A program made the position numbers and the translations under genes. DNA of 64,000 nt from the NCBI GenBank assembly GCA_965222155.1, contig CBDCTH010000012.1:960001-1024000 (forward strand), written 5' to 3'. Positions 59,058 to 64,000 of the stretch are shown here, in pieces. The notes beneath the pieces were generated by a model, which saw nothing but the letters and a program-made list of their open reading frames with translations, did no database searches and was not told where the DNA came from. Each line of letters opens with the position of its first letter. Positions within the stretch are counted from its first letter, which is position 1. Source of the stretch: Gammaproteobacteria bacterium (lineage in GTDB: Bacteria > Pseudomonadota > Gammaproteobacteria > Eutrophobiales > Eutrophobiaceae).

Positions 59058-60212
59058 ATGTTCAATCGGAACCTCACTCTGCCGGCAGCCGGAACTGAAT
59101 CATTTTTCCTTTGGGGGCCTCGCCAGACGGGAAAGAGTACGTTGTTGCGGAAAACTTACAGGGAGGCTCGCTGGATCGACTTGTTAAAGTCTGAGGAATT
59201 TCGCAGGTACCTTGCTCATCCCGAGTTTCTCCGGGAAGAAATTGAAGCAACGCCAGCAGACCCGAAGCAGCAGATCGTAATCGATGAAATCCAGAAGGTT
59301 CCCGCGCTGCTTGATGAAGTCCACTGGCTCATAGAGAATCACGGGTTACACTTTGCGCTTTGCGGTTCCAGCGCACGCAAGGTTAAGCGGGGCGCCGCCA
59401 ACCTGCTGGGTGGTAGAGCCATTCGTTACGAATTGCATGGGCTCTCCGCCAGCGAGCTTGGCAGTGAGTTTGACCTGAACCGAATGCTCAACCATGGTTA
59501 CCTCCCTCGTATATATGAAACTGACCGGCCCTATCGATTGCTTGACGCGTACATTGCTGATTACCTGAAAGAGGAAATCGCCGCGGAAGGACTGGTCCGA
59601 AACCTGCCGACGTTCTCGGACTTTCTGGACGTCGCCGCACTCAGTGACGGTCAGATGGTCAACTTCTCGAACATTGCCCGTGAATGCGGGGTATCGAGTC
59701 ATACGGCAAAGAACTACTTCCAGATTCTGGAAGACACACTGCTTGCAAGGTGGCTGCCCGCTTACAAAAAACGGCCCAAGCGTCGCGTGATTGGCGCGCC
59801 CAAGTTTTATTTTGCCGATGTTGGGGTTGTCAACCGATTAGCTCGACGTGGTGAACTGTTGACCGGATCAGAAAACTACGGCAAGGCATTCGAGAATTGG
59901 GTATTCCATGAGCTATCCGCTTACCTCAGCTACCATGAGGTTGATGCAGGGCTTTCTTACTGGCGACTCGCCAGTGGCATCGAAGTAGATTTCCTGATCG
60001 GTGATATGCAGGTTGCCATTGAAGCGAAATCGACCGTCCGCACACACAGCGATCACCTCAAAGGCTTGCGCAGCATCATTATGGACCAGCCCGGTATCAA
60101 GCGCCGGATTGCCGTTTGTCGCGAACCCCGAGCGCGTAAGACGAGCGATGGTATTGAAGTGATGCCGGCAGAGGACTTTATTAAACGACTCTGGGATGGA
60201 GGTATCATTTGA
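59058..60212 (+). CDS. AAA_14 + DUF4143 ATP-binding protein, copy 3
   Basis: GPRQTGKST, IDEIQK, CGSSARK, NLLGGRA, KFYFADVGV, EVDFL..AIEAKS. Confidence 0.9.
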   Translation: MFNRNLTLPAAGTESFFLWGPRQTGKSTLLRKTYREARWIDLLKSEEFRRYLAHPEFLREEIEATPADPKQQIVIDEIQKVPALLDEVHWLIENHGLHFALCGSSARKVKRGAANLLGGRAIRYELHGLSASELGSEFDLNRMLNHGYLPRIYETDRPYRLLDAYIADYLKEEIAAEGLVRNLPTFSDFLDVAALSDGQMVNFSNIARECGVSSHTAKNYFQILEDTLLARWLPAYKKRPKRRVIGAPKFYFADVGVVNRLARRGELLTGSENYGKAFENWVFHELSAYLSYHEVDAGLSYWRLASGIEVDFLIGDMQVAIEAKSTVRTHSDHLKGLRSIIMDQPGIKRRIAVCREPRARKTSDGIEVMPAEDFIKRLWDGGII

Positions 60213-60316
60213 TCTGACCCCCTCTCCGTAACCTGATCCACCTGCGGTTTAGGAATTTCCCTTAGAAACACAAGAAAAAGGTACAAATCCGGAGTTTTCT
60301 TGACAATAGCGTAGCA

Positions 60317-61648
60317 TCATCCTAACTCCTTAAAATAACGCCGCATTTCTTCCACAACCTTTGGTGCAAGTAATGTTGTCGCAGTGAGTGTCGGAATAAC
60401 CATCAGTGCAAAAGTCGTATCGATAATATTTACCGCTGTAGCCTGGTTCCAGTTCGCTGCAACGGGGATCAGCAACAAATAAATATATACGTACTGGCTC
60501 CCGATCCGTTTACCAAACAGATAGCGCGCACATTTCACGCTGTAATAGGAATAACTGATCATGGTGGATACGGCGAACAGGGCAAAAGTGAATAACAGAA
60601 CAACACTGCCTAAATAAGGCATGGTTTGTTCAAAGGCATTGGCCGTCATCGCAACGCCATTGCCGGACGGTGTGATGCCGGCACTGAGTATCACCAATGC
60701 AGTGAGGGTGCAAACAATCATCGTATCGATAAAAGGGCCTATCATAGCCACCAGTCCTTCACGGATCGGCTCCCTGGTCTGTGCAGCACCATGGGCCAGG
60801 GCTTCGGTTCCGATTCCCGCCTCATTGGAGAAAACAGCACGCTTGACCCCGGTCACTAATACCTCCTTGAAAGTGAGCCCTACTGCTCCACCCAGTATTG
60901 CCTGGCCGCCAAACGCTGCCCGGAAAATATCTGCAAACAAACCGGGGATAATCTCATAATGGGAGACAATCACCAGCATGCTTGAGAAAAAATAAAGGAT
61001 GAACATGATCGGCACCAGTCGGGATGTAGCCCTACCCACCCGCCTGATGCCACCCAGGATTACTGTTCCCACAAAAACTGTTGCGATAAGGCCGGTAATC
61101 GTTCGATCAACATCCCATTCAGCCTGTAACAGACCGGCCAGTTGATTGGCCTGGAATAAGGGTAAACAGCCCACCATGCCGCAAATTGCGAACATAAAGG
61201 CAAGAGGTCTGAATTTTGGGCCTAATCCCACTTCAATAAAATACATGGGGCCGCCCTGGGCGATGCCGTCTTCATCCTGTTGCCGGTACATACAGGCAAG
61301 CGTACAGGTGAAGAACTTTGTACACATACCCAGCAAACTTGCTACCCACATCCAGAAAATGGCGCCTGGCCCGCCCAAACTGATGGCGATAGCTACTCCC
61401 GCAATATTACCCATACCGATAGTGCCGGATAATGCCGATGACAATGCCTGGAAATGCGGGATTTCTCCGGGATCACCGGGGTTACTGAACTTGCCCCGTA
61501 ACAGATCGAAAGTATGACGTAAGCGCAGGAACGGCAGTAAACGGCAGAGAAAAGCGAAATACAATGCCGTGGCGGCAATCAGGAAAACCAGTGGCAGTCC
61601 CCAGATAAAATCCACTGCCTGTTGCCAGAAATGATCGAAGCCACTCAA
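60317..61648 (-). CDS. Alanine/glycine:cation symporter (AGCS family)
   Basis: FQALSSALSGTIGMGNIAGVA, GGPGAIFWMW, GGPMY, RAVFSNEAGIG, PFIDT. Confidence 0.93.
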   Translation of the reverse strand: MSGFDHFWQQAVDFIWGLPLVFLIAATALYFAFLCRLLPFLRLRHTFDLLRGKFSNPGDPGEIPHFQALSSALSGTIGMGNIAGVAIAISLGGPGAIFWMWVASLLGMCTKFFTCTLACMYRQQDEDGIAQGGPMYFIEVGLGPKFRPLAFMFAICGMVGCLPLFQANQLAGLLQAEWDVDRTITGLIATVFVGTVILGGIRRVGRATSRLVPIMFILYFFSSMLVIVSHYEIIPGLFADIFRAAFGGQAILGGAVGLTFKEVLVTGVKRAVFSNEAGIGTEALAHGAAQTREPIREGLVAMIGPFIDTMIVCTLTALVILSAGITPSGNGVAMTANAFEQTMPYLGSVVLLFTFALFAVSTMISYSYYSVKCARYLFGKRIGSQYVYIYLLLIPVAANWNQATAVNIIDTTFALMVIPTLTATTLLAPKVVEEMRRYFKELG

Positions 61649-61784
61649 ATCATGAATACCTGAAGTTTAAATCCATAGTTATTTCCGATAAATTGCAAAA
61701 ACTAATGTGTCGAATTATAGTAGCAGAAGGATTGAAACGCGGGCAGGCAGTTGTATTGATTTACTTACCAGCGCCTTATACCCG

Positions 61785-62231
61785 GTAACTGGCGGAGAGA
61801 ATATTTCCAGTGATCAGGTAGCAGCAGCATCGAGGGACAGAGGGCTTTGGTATGGTGCCTTACGACAAGCGTTTGCCCAATACGATTTCCTGGTCCTGCC
61901 GACTGCGCAGGTTTTCCCTTTTGATGCGGAGCTTCATTGGCCCAATCAAATCGACGGTCGTAGTATGGATACGTATCATCGCTGGATGGAAATTGTTATT
62001 CCCGGCACATTGTCCGGTTGTCCGGTTGTTAATGTGCCTGCAGGATTTAGTGGCAGGGGCCTGCCAATGGGACTGCAAATTATTGGCAAACGCTACGGAG
62101 ATTTCGCGACCCTGCAAATGGCCTACGCTTACGAACAGGCGAGTCGCTGGAACCTGGACAGGCATCCCCCCATCCTTTCTTCGTTACTGACAAAAAAGAA
62201 TCAGTCCGAACTTTCATTGGCAGCCTGCTGA
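61785..62231 (+). pseudogene. C-terminal fragment of an amidase
   Basis: YDFLVLPTAQVFPFD, MDTYHRWME, VPAGF..GLPMGLQIIG; amidase signature region absent. Confidence 0.8.
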
Positions 62232-63262
62232 TTCGAGGCCAGCGGCCAGAACTGAAAATAATCCAGCAAAATCACCAGCAGGGGAAAGGTTAAACCAAGC
62301 AGTGCATTGGCCAGCCACAGTTCTTCCTGGTAGTTGCCCGCCGGCCCGGAAGCCAGGGGTCCGGACACGATTGGTCCCATGAACAGGTAAATCCGTTGTA
62401 ATATAAATGCTGCCACCGTAGACAGCAGTACAAGCAGGATTCCCTTAAGAGGTTGCTCCATATTCTTCAACAATCCACCCTGGAAAAACGTTAACGGCAC
62501 AAAGGTCCCGAATATGAAAGATATGGGCACCAGCACCATGTAGCTGACTTGGTCCATACCCAGGAGCGTGGTGCAGGCAAAGTAAAGCACTCCCCCCAGC
62601 GCCACCGTAATAACCGTTGAGGTCAATACGCCGAGGGTGGGATTCTTGATAACCCGCACCGGCCAGCCTTCAAAGAGCGGGAAGAGCATGATAGCCGCAA
62701 CAGTCGATACACCTACGACCAACGGACTCCACGCCATAAATAATCCGCCCGGATCAGCGTCCGCGAAATATACCGGCACCCCTTTCAGAAAACTGAAATC
62801 AAATAACAGTTGAAAGATTATGTAGCCGCCAAGATAGGCGACAGCAAGAACGCTTAGACCGATAATCAACGGGTTGCTGCTGAGAAGTGTCACCGGCCAG
62901 CAATGCCAAAGGGCTGCATACCAGAAGGTCACTACTACTACCAGAATGGAATACATCATCAACATGGGGGTAATGCCGTGACCCTTGCCTACCAGATGGT
63001 AGGACAGGACAGCCAGGGACAGCCCGACAACCATAGTGATCAGTGTCATCACCAGTCCCTTCAGCGGCTGCGACATCGTTGTCAGCAGTGACGGGTAATT
63101 CGTCTGCCAGACCATAGCCATGACGAGTTGCATAGGCACCAGTGACATGAACAACCACGCAACCCAGGTACTGAAGGTGGCCTCTTCAAATAAACTGATG
63201 ATACCCAGTGCAATAATCACCACACCAATCAGACTGACAATACCGAGCAATGGTTGTTTCAT
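62201..63262 (-). CDS. Polytopic membrane protein with repeated (W/F)xxWP and QPLKG motifs; putative transporter
   Basis: About 10 hydrophobic segments; WHCWPV, FEGWPV, FQFWPL; SQPLKG and EQPLKG. Confidence 0.7.
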   Translation of the reverse strand: MKQPLLGIVSLIGVVIIALGIISLFEEATFSTWVAWLFMSLVPMQLVMAMVWQTNYPSLLTTMSQPLKGLVMTLITMVVGLSLAVLSYHLVGKGHGITPMLMMYSILVVVVTFWYAALWHCWPVTLLSSNPLIIGLSVLAVAYLGGYIIFQLLFDFSFLKGVPVYFADADPGGLFMAWSPLVVGVSTVAAIMLFPLFEGWPVRVIKNPTLGVLTSTVITVALGGVLYFACTTLLGMDQVSYMVLVPISFIFGTFVPLTFFQGGLLKNMEQPLKGILLVLLSTVAAFILQRIYLFMGPIVSGPLASGPAGNYQEELWLANALLGLTFPLLVILLDYFQFWPLASNQQAANESSD

Positions 63263-63516
63263 AAATTCCTCCGTCTACGCTGTTTTTTCAATCTGGCACA
63301 TCAGGCTTTCAGATTCGTGGCGCCCATACCTGGATCCAACCCACCTGAATCCCCGGTGAGCATATTGATATTGGACTCTAACTGATTTTCAATATCGTTG
63401 CGGTTTTTTTCAGCCCCCAAAATTCCTCCTGTAGCCCGTATATCTCAGCAGTGGGTGCGGCCTGCGAGATTAAAATCAATTGCTTTCTTTTCACAAAATC
63501 ACGATGATCGCACAGG

Positions 63517-63813
63517 ATGATTGACATAAATTTCATTCCCCATCCGCTGCAGGGTACGCCGTACGGGACAGTGCTCGATCTGGCCGTTATATTAGCGATC
63601 GGATGCTGGCTGTTGTCGGTGGTTGCCCGGGAATATTCCTGGGTCGACCACATCTGGTCTGTTTGTCCAGCCATTTATTGCCTGCTGGTCGCTGCTGATG
63701 CGGATTTCAGTTCGACACGACTCGGTGAATCCATTTCTTTGTCCCGCTACCCGTCTTATCGGGACTATCAGGCGGCAACTCTGCGCCTCATTCCCTTTAC
63801 CCGATTAGGATGA
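63517..63813 (+). pseudogene. DUF1295-family gene with most of its middle deleted in frame
   Basis: N-terminal REYSWVDHIWS...RL joined directly to C-terminal ESISLSRYPSYRDYQ..T.RLIPF. Confidence 0.65.
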
Positions 63814-63912
63814 GATTATTCAATGGAATAAAGGCGGGAAATGAGTTTTCAGAGAGTCCTGATGACTTCAGTGTTACCCTGATAAGGGAGCATCATTAAC
63901 CTGGTTCCTATC

Positions 63913-64000
63913 ATGACGGCAGGCAGTCAGCGTATACCAATAAAAGTTCTGCTCGGCATCGGCTTCGGCATGTTCCTGTTGCCCTTGTTGATCGGCACCG
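63913..64000 (+). CDS. Start of a membrane/exported protein running off the window
   Basis: MTAGSQRIPIKVLLGIGFGMFLLPLLIGT, open to the end. Confidence 0.35.
   Translation, partial: MTAGSQRIPIKVLLGIGFGMFLLPLLIGT

Overview
64 kb of a Gammaproteobacterial chromosome; a marine or host-associated, possibly sponge-symbiont, lifestyle is only an inference from gene content. The housekeeping backbone (asnS, cpdA, gcvH, tsaB, two lolC/E, lolD, comEC, exbBD, lpxK, ycaR, kdsB, infA, aat, sohB, tRNA-Ser) is interrupted by four accessory regions. (1) A left-edge defence cluster: a DUF4011/Hhe-type protein missed by the ORF track and an AAA+DUF3226 pair. (2) A 10 kb insert between infA and aat, bracketed by two AAA_14-DUF4143 ATPases and holding a serralysin/FG-GAP/RTX protein plus gene debris. 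(3) A redox/xenobiotic region with a broken TonB receptor, a Tat flavo-oxidase, an unannotated UxxC selenoprotein, an RdhA-like protein and a LinD-like dehalogenase. (4) A toxin-antitoxin-dense tract: ParD, Panacea pair, HigBA-ImmA, HipBA, VapBC. Intergenic DNA holds at least four families of miniature inverted-repeat elements, several with clean target-site duplications, nested in each other and carrying shared REP/dRS3-like hairpin doublets. Several genes are internally deleted or chimeric (EndoQ::FGE, a deleted copy of the selenoprotein gene). All family assignments are by motif recognition, not database search.
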